Origin: Phycisphaera mikurensis NBRC 102666
GTDB lineage: Bacteria > Planctomycetota > Phycisphaerae > Phycisphaerales > Phycisphaeraceae
Assembly: GCF_000284115.1 (NCBI RefSeq)
Contig: NC_017080.1
Coordinates: forward strand, 2,310,001-2,342,000
Direction of reading: 5' to 3'
DNA length: 32,000 nucleotides
Shown: positions 17,179 to 24,482 of the stretch, piece after piece
How the letters are laid out: every line of letters starts with the position of its first letter
Numbering within the stretch: position 1 is the stretch's first letter
The notes under the pieces: generated by a model
The model's input: only the letters and a program-made list of their open reading frames with translations
Told to the model about the DNA's origin: nothing
The model's database searches: none
Program-made: the position numbers and the translations under genes

Positions 17179-18118
17179 GCTCGCGGTGATCATGACCAGC
17201 CTGAACGCGGCGGGCACCATCGAGCGCTCCCTCGCCTCGGTGGAGCCGCAGCGGGAGCAGGTCGACCTGGAGCTGGTGCTCGTCGACAGCGGCACCGACG
17301 CGACGGCCGATCTCGTCCGCGAGCGCTTCCCGTGGGTGAAGGTGCTGCAGTTTGAGGAGCGAAAGTTCTGCGGCGACGGCCGCAACATCGGCTTCGCGAA
17401 CAGCAGCGCCCCGATCGTCGCCTTCCTCGACGCCGACTGCGAGGCGGCGCCGGACTGGGCCGCGAGCGTGCTGGCGGCGCACGCCGCCCGGCCCCAGGAC
17501 CAGGCTCCCGTCATCGGCGGCTCGGTCGGCAACGCCAACCCCGGCGCCTACTCCGGCTGGGCGTACTGGTTCACCGAGTTCGCCGGCTGGGGCCGCGGCC
17601 TGCCCGCCGGCGAGATCGCCGACGTGCCCGGCTGCAGCCTGACGATGAAGCGGTGGGCCTTCGAACGCTGGGGGCCGTTCATCGCCGGCACCTACTGCAG
17701 CGACTCGGCGTTCAACTGGCAGATGGCCGAGGCCGGCTTCAAGCCCCGCTTCGACCCCGCCATCCACGTCGCCCACATCAACCCCACCGGCCTGGCGGGC
17801 ATGGCCGCGCACGCTTACGACCACGGCCGCCAGTTCGGCAGCGTGCGACGGCAGGAGCAGCCGCCCTCGGCCGCGAAGCTGATGGCCTGGCGCCTCGGAG
17901 CGCCCGCCCTGCCCGCGGTGATGGCCTGGCGGACCGGGAGGAGCGTCTTCAAGGCGAGGGAGCACCGGACGCGTTTCCTCGCGGCGCTGCCCGCGGTGGC
18001 GCTGGTGCAGACCGGGTGGGCGCTGGGAGAGTGGCGGGCGTACTGGTCCGCAGCGGGGGCCGCAGCGGGGGCAAAGCGTGGAGGGCGAGAAGCCCAGGGG
18101 CAAGGGGATCCGCGGTGA
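17171..18118 (+). CDS. Family-2 glycosyltransferase
   Basis: The ATG at 17171 overlaps the upstream stop (ATGGCTGA). LAVIMTSLNAAGTIERSL, LVLVDSGTDAT and IVAFLDADCEAAPDW form the GT2 layout. Confidence 0.85.
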   Translation: MAELAVIMTSLNAAGTIERSLASVEPQREQVDLELVLVDSGTDATADLVRERFPWVKVLQFEERKFCGDGRNIGFANSSAPIVAFLDADCEAAPDWAASVLAAHAARPQDQAPVIGGSVGNANPGAYSGWAYWFTEFAGWGRGLPAGEIADVPGCSLTMKRWAFERWGPFIAGTYCSDSAFNWQMAEAGFKPRFDPAIHVAHINPTGLAGMAAHAYDHGRQFGSVRRQEQPPSAAKLMAWRLGAPALPAVMAWRTGRSVFKAREHRTRFLAALPAVALVQTGWALGEWRAYWSAAGAAAGAKRGGREAQGQGDPR

Positions 18119-18215
18119 GGCAACCCCACGGGTCGCAGCCCCGCGCCGAATCCACCTGACGCGTTCTCGGCGTCGTCGCCTCGCCCCGCCTCGAACCCCG
18201 CCGCAGCACGACCCC

Positions 18216-19436
18216 TTGCGCATCCTCCTCCTCAACGACCGCATCGACCCGACCGGCGGCTCGCAGCTGCTCACACGCGGGATCTCCGACGGCCTCGCCG
18301 CGCGCGGGCACGAGACGCGGATCCTCGCGAGCGACGCGGGGCTCGACCCCGCCGACCGCCCCGCCAACGCGAGCCTGTGCCGCGGCAGCCTCGAGGGGTC
18401 GAAGCAGACCCTGCTGCGCACCTGGAACCCCTCCGCCGCGGCGGCCCTGCGCCGGGAGATCGCGAGCTTCCGGCCCGACGTCGTCCACGTCCGGGCCTTC
18501 CTCACCCAGCTCTCGCCGTCGATCCTGCCCGAGCTCGCCGGCGTGCCCGCCCTCTACCACGCGGTGCACCACGCGGCCGTGTGCCCGACCGCCAAGAAGC
18601 TGCTGCCCGACGGCCGCATCTGCACCTTCCCCGCCGGATCCGCCTGCAAAGCGCACTGCCTGAGCGTGCCGGCCTTCGCCGCGCTGATGACGCAGCGGGC
18701 CCTCTTCCGCCGCTCCTGGCACCGCTTCGACGCCGTTCTCGCGAACTCCCGGTGCACCGCCGACCACCTCGTTCGCGACGGGCTCGGGCGGGGTCCCGGA
18801 GCCGACGAGGTCCGCGTCGTCTACAACGCGGTTCCCGCCACGCCCGCCCGCCCGCCGCTCTCGGATCCACCGCGAGCGGTTTTCGTCGGTCGGCTCTCAC
18901 GCGAGAAGGGGGTGGCGACGCTGCTGCACGCGTGGGCCCGCGTGCGGGAGGAGGTGCCCGCAGCCGTGCTCGACCTCGTGGGCACCGGCCCGCTCGAAGC
19001 CGAGCTCGAGGCGCTCGCCGCGGCGACCCTGGGTGCCGATGCGGCGGTCTTCCACGGCCGCCTCCCGCGGCCGGAAGCCGAGGCCGTCGCCACCCCGGCG
19101 TGGGTGCAGGCCGTGCCCTCCACCTGGGACGAGCCCTTCGGCCTGGTAGCCGCCGAGGCGATGATGCGGGGCACCGCCGTGGTGGTGCCCGGTCACGGCG
19201 GCCTCGCCGAGGTGCCGGAGGCGGGCGTGAGCGGCCTGCTCGCACCCGCCGGCGATCCCGAGGCCTGGGCCGATGCGCTCCTCACGCTCCTCGCCCGCCG
19301 TTCCCGCGCCGAAGCCATGGGCCGGGCCGCTCGCGAGCGGGCGACGTCGCGGTTCACGATGGACCGGCTGCTCGACGAGACCGAAGAGGTCTACAACTCC
19401 ATCCGCAGAACCGAAGCCGCCCACCGCCATGCCTGA
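18216..19436 (+). CDS. Family-4 (GT-B fold) glycosyltransferase
   Basis: The TTG at 18216 gives (M)RILLLNDRIDPTGGSQL, a typical GT4 N-terminus. The C-terminal EX7E-type region reads STWDEPFGLVAAEAMMRGTAVVV. An alternative GTG lies at 18078. Confidence 0.85.
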   Translation: MRILLLNDRIDPTGGSQLLTRGISDGLAARGHETRILASDAGLDPADRPANASLCRGSLEGSKQTLLRTWNPSAAAALRREIASFRPDVVHVRAFLTQLSPSILPELAGVPALYHAVHHAAVCPTAKKLLPDGRICTFPAGSACKAHCLSVPAFAALMTQRALFRRSWHRFDAVLANSRCTADHLVRDGLGRGPGADEVRVVYNAVPATPARPPLSDPPRAVFVGRLSREKGVATLLHAWARVREEVPAAVLDLVGTGPLEAELEALAAATLGADAAVFHGRLPRPEAEAVATPAWVQAVPSTWDEPFGLVAAEAMMRGTAVVVPGHGGLAEVPEAGVSGLLAPAGDPEAWADALLTLLARRSRAEAMGRAARERATSRFTMDRLLDETEEVYNSIRRTEAAHRHA

Positions 19437-20403
19437 CGCCACCGCCGAACCCCTCGCCTCCGTCGTCCTCGTCGTGCAGGACCGCTACCAGGCGATCGCC
19501 CGCACCATCGCGCACCTCGCCGAGCAGACCGTCGCCGGACGCATGGAGCTGGTGGTGGTCACGCCCGCCGGCTTCGGCGACCTGCCGCCCGACGGCGAGC
19601 GCGACCGCATCGGCCGCGTCACGAAGGTCGAGCTCGGCGGCGCCTCGCTCGGTTCGGCCCAGGCCGAGGGCGTCCGCGCCGCGTCGGGCCCGGTCGTGGT
19701 GCTCGGGGAGGACCACGCCTGGCCCGAACCCGGCTACGTCGAAGCGCTCGCCCAGCGGTGCAAGCCGCCCTACGCCGCCGTGGGACCCGTGATGACCAAC
19801 GCCAACCCGTGGTCGCTGGTCAGCTGGTCGAATCTGCTGCTCGCGTACGGCAAGTGGACGGACCCCGCCGAGGGCGGCCCGATCGACAGCCTGCCCGGCA
19901 CGAACACCGCGTACGACCGGTCGCTGCTGATGGCGCTCGGCGACGAGCTCGACGGGCTGATGGAGCGTGAAGGGGGCCTCCTCAAGCGCCTGCAGAAGGA
20001 CGGCCACCAGCTGTACCTCGAGCCGAAGGCCCGAACCGCCCACCAGAACGTCTCGGGCCCCACCTCCGGCGCCGCGCTACGCTTCCACGCCGGCCGGCTC
20101 TACGCCGATCGCCGGATGAAGAGCGAGAAGTGGGGCGTGGGCAAGCGAGCCATCTACTTCCTCGCGGCCCCGCTGATCCCCGGCGTCCGCGCCGTGCGGA
20201 TCCTCGGCGAGCTGAAGGGCAAGAAGATGCCCATGACGCCGCGGGTGATCGGCGGCGTCGGCCTGGGCGTCACCCTCGACGGCCTCGGCCAGATGGTCGG
20301 CTACGGGACCGGCGCCGGCAAGGCGCTCGCGCGCCTCGAGGACTTCGAGTTCAACCGCTACCGCTACCTCTCCAAGCGCGACCGGGCCGAAGCGGGACTC
20401 TGA
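19429..20403 (+). CDS. GT2-like glycosyltransferase-fold protein
   Basis: The ATG at 19429 overlaps the upstream stop (ATGCCTGA). SVVLVVQDRYQAIARTIAHL, ELVVVTP and VVVLGEDHAWPEPGYVEAL show GT-A-like spacing, but with ED in place of DxD. Confidence 0.55.
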   Translation: MPDATAEPLASVVLVVQDRYQAIARTIAHLAEQTVAGRMELVVVTPAGFGDLPPDGERDRIGRVTKVELGGASLGSAQAEGVRAASGPVVVLGEDHAWPEPGYVEALAQRCKPPYAAVGPVMTNANPWSLVSWSNLLLAYGKWTDPAEGGPIDSLPGTNTAYDRSLLMALGDELDGLMEREGGLLKRLQKDGHQLYLEPKARTAHQNVSGPTSGAALRFHAGRLYADRRMKSEKWGVGKRAIYFLAAPLIPGVRAVRILGELKGKKMPMTPRVIGGVGLGVTLDGLGQMVGYGTGAGKALARLEDFEFNRYRYLSKRDRAEAGL

Positions 20404-20423
20404 CGCGGGGGGGCACCCCCGCG
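20404..20423 (+). terminator. Perfect GC hairpin immediately after the stop codon
   Basis: cgcggggg-ggca-cccccgcg is an 8 bp stem with a 4 nt loop. It starts 1 nt after the TGA at 20401-20403. There is no U-tract. Confidence 0.4.
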
Positions 20424-20558
20424 ACCCCCGCGACGGGAGAACCCGCGCATCGACGCCGGAGAAGGAGGCACCGCACCCGGATTCTTCAGCTCCGGCCACC
20501 CCCGTGCGTCGAGCGTCCCGACCGCGTCGCCCGGCGGACGCTCTGCCTGCAAGCTTCC

Positions 20559-20592
20559 GGCAGCCACGGTTACGCCCGCATCCGTGGCTGCC
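20559..20592 (-). terminator. Perfect 11 bp hairpin downstream of the minus-strand operon
   Basis: ggcagccacgg-(12 nt)-ccgtggctgcc lies 15 nt beyond the stop of the 70-aa gene at 20607. There is no U-tract. Confidence 0.4.
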
Positions 20593-20606
20593 CGCGGCGA
20601 GCTCGC

Positions 20607-20819
20607 TCAGCCGCAGTCGCGGCGGGCTTGCGCCTCCTCGGTGGCGGCGGCGGTCATCGCCTCGGCGGCGCGACCAAGGTCCTGGAGCAGGGGCTCGATG
20701 ACGTCGTCGCCGAAGCGGCGGGCGACCTCGTCGTCCCAGCCCTCGCGGACCTGCCGCCAGCGGGCGAGCAGCACCTTCCTGGCCTCTTCGAGGCCGCCGG
20801 CTCCGGCTTGGAGGCTCAC
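20607..20819 (-). CDS. Small (70 aa) helical protein of unknown function
   Basis: The GTG at 20819 forms a GTGA overlap with the upstream stop. GC3 is high. The sequence LEEARKVLLARWRQVREGWDDEVARRFGDDVIEPLLQDLGRAAEAMTAAATEEAQ looks like a helix-turn-helix hairpin with a central W-x-x turn. It faintly resembles WXG100-type proteins, but this is not established. Confidence 0.5.
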   Translation of the reverse strand: MSLQAGAGGLEEARKVLLARWRQVREGWDDEVARRFGDDVIEPLLQDLGRAAEAMTAAATEEAQARRDCG

Positions 20820-21355
20820 GGGTTCCCCCCGCCGCCGGTGCCGGGGCCCTCGGCCGCGTCCCGCGTCGCCAGCAGCACGCGGCGGTAGCCGTCGAGGTGG
20901 CCGAGCAGGCCGTCGAGCCGCGCCCCCGCTTCGGCCACGCCGCCGGCGGCGGCGGCCCGGGCGGCGGAGGTGCCGGTGCGGTAGTCCTGCTCCACCTTCT
21001 CGAAGCGGCGGGACCACGTCCGTGTCAACGCGAGCTTCCGCTCGCACTCCTCCACGAGCTGCTTCGCGCGACGCAGCGCCTTCTGCTCCGCGGCGACCGA
21101 GGCGGGCTTGCCCGAGGGCGTGGGCGAGAGCTGCTTGCGGCGCAGCGTCGCCTGCGCGTCGTCCAGCGCCCTCACCGCTCTCGACCGCCGCTGCGCCCAG
21201 ACGCGCGGCTGCTCATCGGCGAGCCACCGCTGCGTCGAGCGGATCCCCGCGTCGGCGGAGCCGACGGAGGCACCGATCGCCTCCTCGATCTTCACGAGCA
21301 GGCGGCGGAAGTCCGCGAGCTGCTCGATCGAATGAACCTTGGCGGGTCCGGGCAT
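20816..21355 (-). CDS. Helical hypothetical protein (179 aa)
   Basis: ATG at 21355. The composition is coding-like, with long amphipathic or charged helices (IEQLADFRRLLVKIEEAIG, EQKALRRAKQLVEECERKLALTRTW) and a Gly-rich tail. Confidence 0.6.
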   Translation of the reverse strand: MPGPAKVHSIEQLADFRRLLVKIEEAIGASVGSADAGIRSTQRWLADEQPRVWAQRRSRAVRALDDAQATLRRKQLSPTPSGKPASVAAEQKALRRAKQLVEECERKLALTRTWSRRFEKVEQDYRTGTSAARAAAAGGVAEAGARLDGLLGHLDGYRRVLLATRDAAEGPGTGGGGNP

Positions 21356-21427
21356 GGCGACAGGCTAGGTCGCGCCCGGGCGGACCCCGCCCGCCGCGTC
21401 GGCGGGCGTCGGCGGCTCAAGACGCGG

Positions 21428-21442
21428 GAACCACGCGGGAAC
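21428..21442 (-). promoter_or_regulatory. GTTC-N7-GTTC direct repeat (candidate LexA operator) upstream of the 179-aa gene
   Basis: The plus strand reads GAACcacgcggGAAC and the minus strand reads GTTCccgcgtgGTTC. It lies 73 nt upstream of the ATG at 21355, inside the 140 nt lexA-downstream gap. Confidence 0.4.
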
Positions 21443-21495
21443 TACACGAGAGCCACGCATTGATTCGCCTCCCGGGTCGCTCCGCGGGGCTCGCG

Positions 21496-22134
21496 TCAGT
21501 ACGCCCGGACCACGCCGATGCAGACGCCCTGGAACCGCACGCGGTCGGCCTCGACGATCAGCGGCTCGTACTTCTCGTTGGCCGGCTCGAGCCGCACGCC
21601 GCCGCGTCGGTCCTTGAAGTAAAACTTCAGCGTGGCCTCGTCGCGGTCGACCAGGGCCACCACCATGTCGCCCTGCTTGGGAGGCCCGTCGATCTTGCGG
21701 CAGACGACGAAGTCGCCGTCGGCGACGTGGGCGTCGATCATCGAGTCGCCACGCACCTTCAGCACGAAGGTCGTCCCGCCGACGCTGCCCTTGCCGGAGG
21801 GAGCGAAGATCGTCTCGAGGTCGAGGTGCTCCCGCGTCTCGATGGCCTCGATGGGCGAACCGGCGGCGATTGAGCCCACCAGCGGCAGGCGCGTGTTGGT
21901 CTGCTCGTCAGGCAGCTCCAGATCGGGCGAGATCTCCAAAGAGCGCGCCTTGTTCTTCTGCCGCGTGAGGGCTCCTTTGCGGACGAGCGCGTCGATGTGC
22001 TCGAAGACCGTGACCTTGCTCACGTCGAGCTCGTCGGCCAGCTCCTGCATGGTCGGTGAGTAGCCACGGGTCAGCCGCGTCTCGCGGATGCGCTGCAGGA
22101 TGTGCAGCTGCTTGGGGGTCAGGTTCATGGCCAT
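21496..22134 (-). CDS. lexA: LexA repressor (SOS regulator, S24 self-cleaving peptidase)
   Basis: MAMNLTPKQLHILQRIRE...YSPTMQELADELDVSKVTVFEHIDALVRKGAL is the winged-HTH. The cleavage region is PLVGSIAAGSPIEA. The catalytic Ser is in VRGDSMIDA and the Lys is in EATLKFY. GGAG lies about 8 nt upstream of the ATG at 22134, and an alternative ATG is at 22128. Confidence 0.9.
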   Translation of the reverse strand: MAMNLTPKQLHILQRIRETRLTRGYSPTMQELADELDVSKVTVFEHIDALVRKGALTRQKNKARSLEISPDLELPDEQTNTRLPLVGSIAAGSPIEAIETREHLDLETIFAPSGKGSVGGTTFVLKVRGDSMIDAHVADGDFVVCRKIDGPPKQGDMVVALVDRDEATLKFYFKDRRGGVRLEPANEKYEPLIVEADRVRFQGVCIGVVRAY

Positions 22135-22436
22135 CAGGAGGCTCCGGAGGAGAGAAGATGCCCGCTCGCAGCGAAGCGTTGGCGGCGGGAGGGGCGGGGA
22201 CGTCGGCGACGGGCATCGCCACAAGGATCGGGTGGTGCGCCGCCCGCAGGCCCAGCAGCTGCGTCCACTGGCGGCGGAGCAGGAGGCCGGCCTCGGCCAG
22301 CGGGCTGCCGGGGGCTCCGGGACCGGCGGCCTCGGGGCCCGCCACCAGGCGGAGGAGGCGCGTGCCACGCCCGGCGAGGCCGGAGCGGAAGCTGCCGCCG
22401 GGGCCCAGCAGCACGATGGGTTCGGATGCGGTCATG
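21908..22436 (-). CDS. Questionable leader ORF upstream of and overlapping lexA
   Basis: After the ATG at 22436, about 80 codons have strong GC3 bias (MTASEPIVLLGPGGSFRSGL...HHPILVAMP). The frame has no stop until 21908, which is 227 nt inside lexA, and GC3 decays after about 22200. It may be a gene remnant or simply a 5' leader. Confidence 0.25.
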
Positions 22437-22478
22437 GCGGGCTCTTCCAATCCCGGCGACCCGCGGGGCGCGGATCGT

Positions 22479-22493
22479 GTTCGGGACGCGTTC
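22479..22493 (+). promoter_or_regulatory. GTTC-N7-GTTC direct repeat (candidate LexA operator) in the divergent lexA / hpnC gap
   Basis: GTTCgggacgcGTTC lies 43 nt from the ATG at 22436 (minus-strand leader ORF and lexA) and 92 nt from the hpnC GTG at 22585. Confidence 0.4.
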
Positions 22494-22584
22494 TAACCTA
22501 ACGAGCCGCGAACGTCAAGCCCGCGAGCCTCGCGGGTGTTCCGGCGGGCGTTTCTCGGCTGTCAGGAGGCGGTACGGTCCGCGG

Positions 22585-23529
22585 GTGCCCGACGCTCCGA
22601 CCGCCCAGACCGATGCGCGGACGCGGGGCCGGCGGGAGAACTTCCCGGTGCTCTCCTGGCTCGTCCCGCGTCGGCTCCAGCCGGCCTACGCCGCCGTCTA
22701 CCGCTTCTGCCGGGCGGCGGACGACGCGGCGGACCGGCCCGGCGACCCGGCGGAGAACCTCCAACGCCTCGCGGAGCTGCGGGCCGGCGTCGCGTCTCTC
22801 TACGGCGGCCTCCCGGGGCGTGCCGCGGACCGTGCGGTCTTCGGGCCGCTCGGGGCCGCGGTCCGCGGATTCGGGCTCCCACGCGCCGCGTTCGACGACC
22901 TGCTCGACGCCTTCGAGCAGGACCAGCGGCAGAGCCACTACGCCACCTGGGAGGACCTGCTGGGCTACTGCCGGCGGAGCGCCGACCCGGTCGGCCGGCT
23001 CGTGCTGAAGATCCACGGCGTCGAGGATGCCGAGCGGCTCGCCCTCTCCGACGCGACCTGCACCGCCCTCCAGCTCACCAATAACCTGCAGGACCTCCGC
23101 CCCGACCTGCTCACGCTCGGCCGCTCGTACCTGCCCGAGGACGTCGCCAACCGCCACGGCCTCGACCCACGCGCGCTGGCGGCGGCGATCCGCCGCGACG
23201 CCGGGAGCGACGCGGCCGCGTGCCGGGCGTGCCCGCCGGTGGCCGGAGCGGAGCTGCGGGCGCTGGCGGCGCCGCTGGCCGCGACCGTCGCCGACCTCGC
23301 CGCGCGTGCCCGGGCCCTCTTCGAGGCGGGCTCCGCCCTCCCCGCCCGGCTTCCCCCCCGGGCGGCCCGGCCGGTCGCCGCCTTCGGCCTCGCCGGCGCG
23401 GCGGTGCTCCGGCGGGTCGCCGAGGCGGGCCCGGGCCTCGCCCGACGGCGGCCGCCGCCGCCGCGCGGGGCGCTGGCGGTGGCGCTCCTGAAGGCCCGCT
23501 TCACGCCGCACGGGAAGGGTTCGCCTTGA
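22585..23529 (+). CDS. hpnC: Hydroxysqualene synthase HpnC (squalene/phytoene synthase family)
   Basis: ENFPVLSWLVPRRLQPAYAAVYRFCRAADDAAD is the HpnC-type N-terminus with the first Asp-rich motif. ALQLTNNLQDLRPD...YLP is the second motif region. The GTG at 22585 is the only in-frame start candidate I found between AGGAGG (22564-22569) and the conserved N-terminal motif. Confidence 0.85.
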   Translation: MPDAPTAQTDARTRGRRENFPVLSWLVPRRLQPAYAAVYRFCRAADDAADRPGDPAENLQRLAELRAGVASLYGGLPGRAADRAVFGPLGAAVRGFGLPRAAFDDLLDAFEQDQRQSHYATWEDLLGYCRRSADPVGRLVLKIHGVEDAERLALSDATCTALQLTNNLQDLRPDLLTLGRSYLPEDVANRHGLDPRALAAAIRRDAGSDAAACRACPPVAGAELRALAAPLAATVADLAARARALFEAGSALPARLPPRAARPVAAFGLAGAAVLRRVAEAGPGLARRRPPPPRGALAVALLKARFTPHGKGSP

Positions 23530-24482
23530 AGCCGGGGTACCTCGACGAGCCGGAGCGGTCCGCCGTCGCCGCCTGCCGCGAGCGGACGCGGCGGCTCGCC
23601 CGCAGCTTCCACGCGGGCATGCGGCTGACGCCCGAGCCGGGCTTCTCCGCCCTCTGCGTCGTCTACGTGTGGATGCACGCGGCCGATGAGATCGCCGACG
23701 GCCCGCCGCCGCTGGATGGGGACCGGGTGGCCGAGGCGGAGCGCTTCTGGAGCCGCACGACGAGGATCCTCGACGGCGGCGAGGCCGCTCATCCGGCCTC
23801 CGCCGCCACCCCCGCGCCCGGCCCGCCGCTCTGGCCCGCCCTCGCCTGGCTCGCCCGCGGCTTTGCGCTCCCCCGCGACGCGCTCCGCGGCGTGATCGAC
23901 GGCCAGCTCGCCGACCTCTCGTTCACGCAGCCGCCGTCGGAGGCGGCGTTGGACGCCTACTGCCGGCGTGTCGCCTCCACCGTGGGCCGCGTCTGCGTCG
24001 CCGTGTGGGGTGGCGACCCGGCGGCGACCGGCCACCTGGCGGACGCCCGCGGCGTGGCGCTGCAGCGGACCAACGTCCTCCGCGACGTCGCCGAGGACGC
24101 GGCCCGCGGGCGGGTCTACCTCCCCGCCGACGCCCTCGCCCGCCACGGCCTGGTGCCCGCCGACCTGGCCGCGCCGCCCCCCGACGACGCCACCGGCGAC
24201 CGCCTCCGGCGGCTCCTCGCCGAGCAGGTGGACCTCGCCCGCGCCTGGTACGACCGCTCGGCCGCCCTGGAGGTGCGCCTCCCGCGCCGCGGCCGCGCCT
24301 CCAGCGGCGCGATCGGCGGCGTCTACCGCGCCCTCTTGGAGGAGATCGCCCGCGATCCGCTGGCCGTCCTGTCGCGTCGGGTGCGGCCGACCCGGCCCAA
24401 GCGGCTCGCGGCGGTCGCCCGCGCGTGGGCGATGAGCCGCCTGCCGGCGCCGATCCTCCTGCGGTTAGCTTCTCGCCCATGA
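23526..24482 (+). CDS. hpnD: Presqualene diphosphate synthase HpnD (squalene/phytoene synthase family)
   Basis: The TTG at 23526 forms a TTGA overlap. The motifs are ARSFHAGMRLTPEP...VVYVWMHAADEIADG (DxxxD) and ALQRTNVLRDVAEDAARGRVYLP (DxxED). Confidence 0.85.
   Translation: MKPGYLDEPERSAVAACRERTRRLARSFHAGMRLTPEPGFSALCVVYVWMHAADEIADGPPPLDGDRVAEAERFWSRTTRILDGGEAAHPASAATPAPGPPLWPALAWLARGFALPRDALRGVIDGQLADLSFTQPPSEAALDAYCRRVASTVGRVCVAVWGGDPAATGHLADARGVALQRTNVLRDVAEDAARGRVYLPADALARHGLVPADLAAPPPDDATGDRLRRLLAEQVDLARAWYDRSAALEVRLPRRGRASSGAIGGVYRALLEEIARDPLAVLSRRVRPTRPKRLAAVARAWAMSRLPAPILLRLASRP

Noticed and set aside
22056-22501. Plus-strand ORFs (146 and 137 aa) in the lexA upstream region
   Set aside because: They have Arg/Gly/Ala/Cys/Trp-rich off-frame composition. 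They are antisense to lexA and to the coding-like minus-strand leader.
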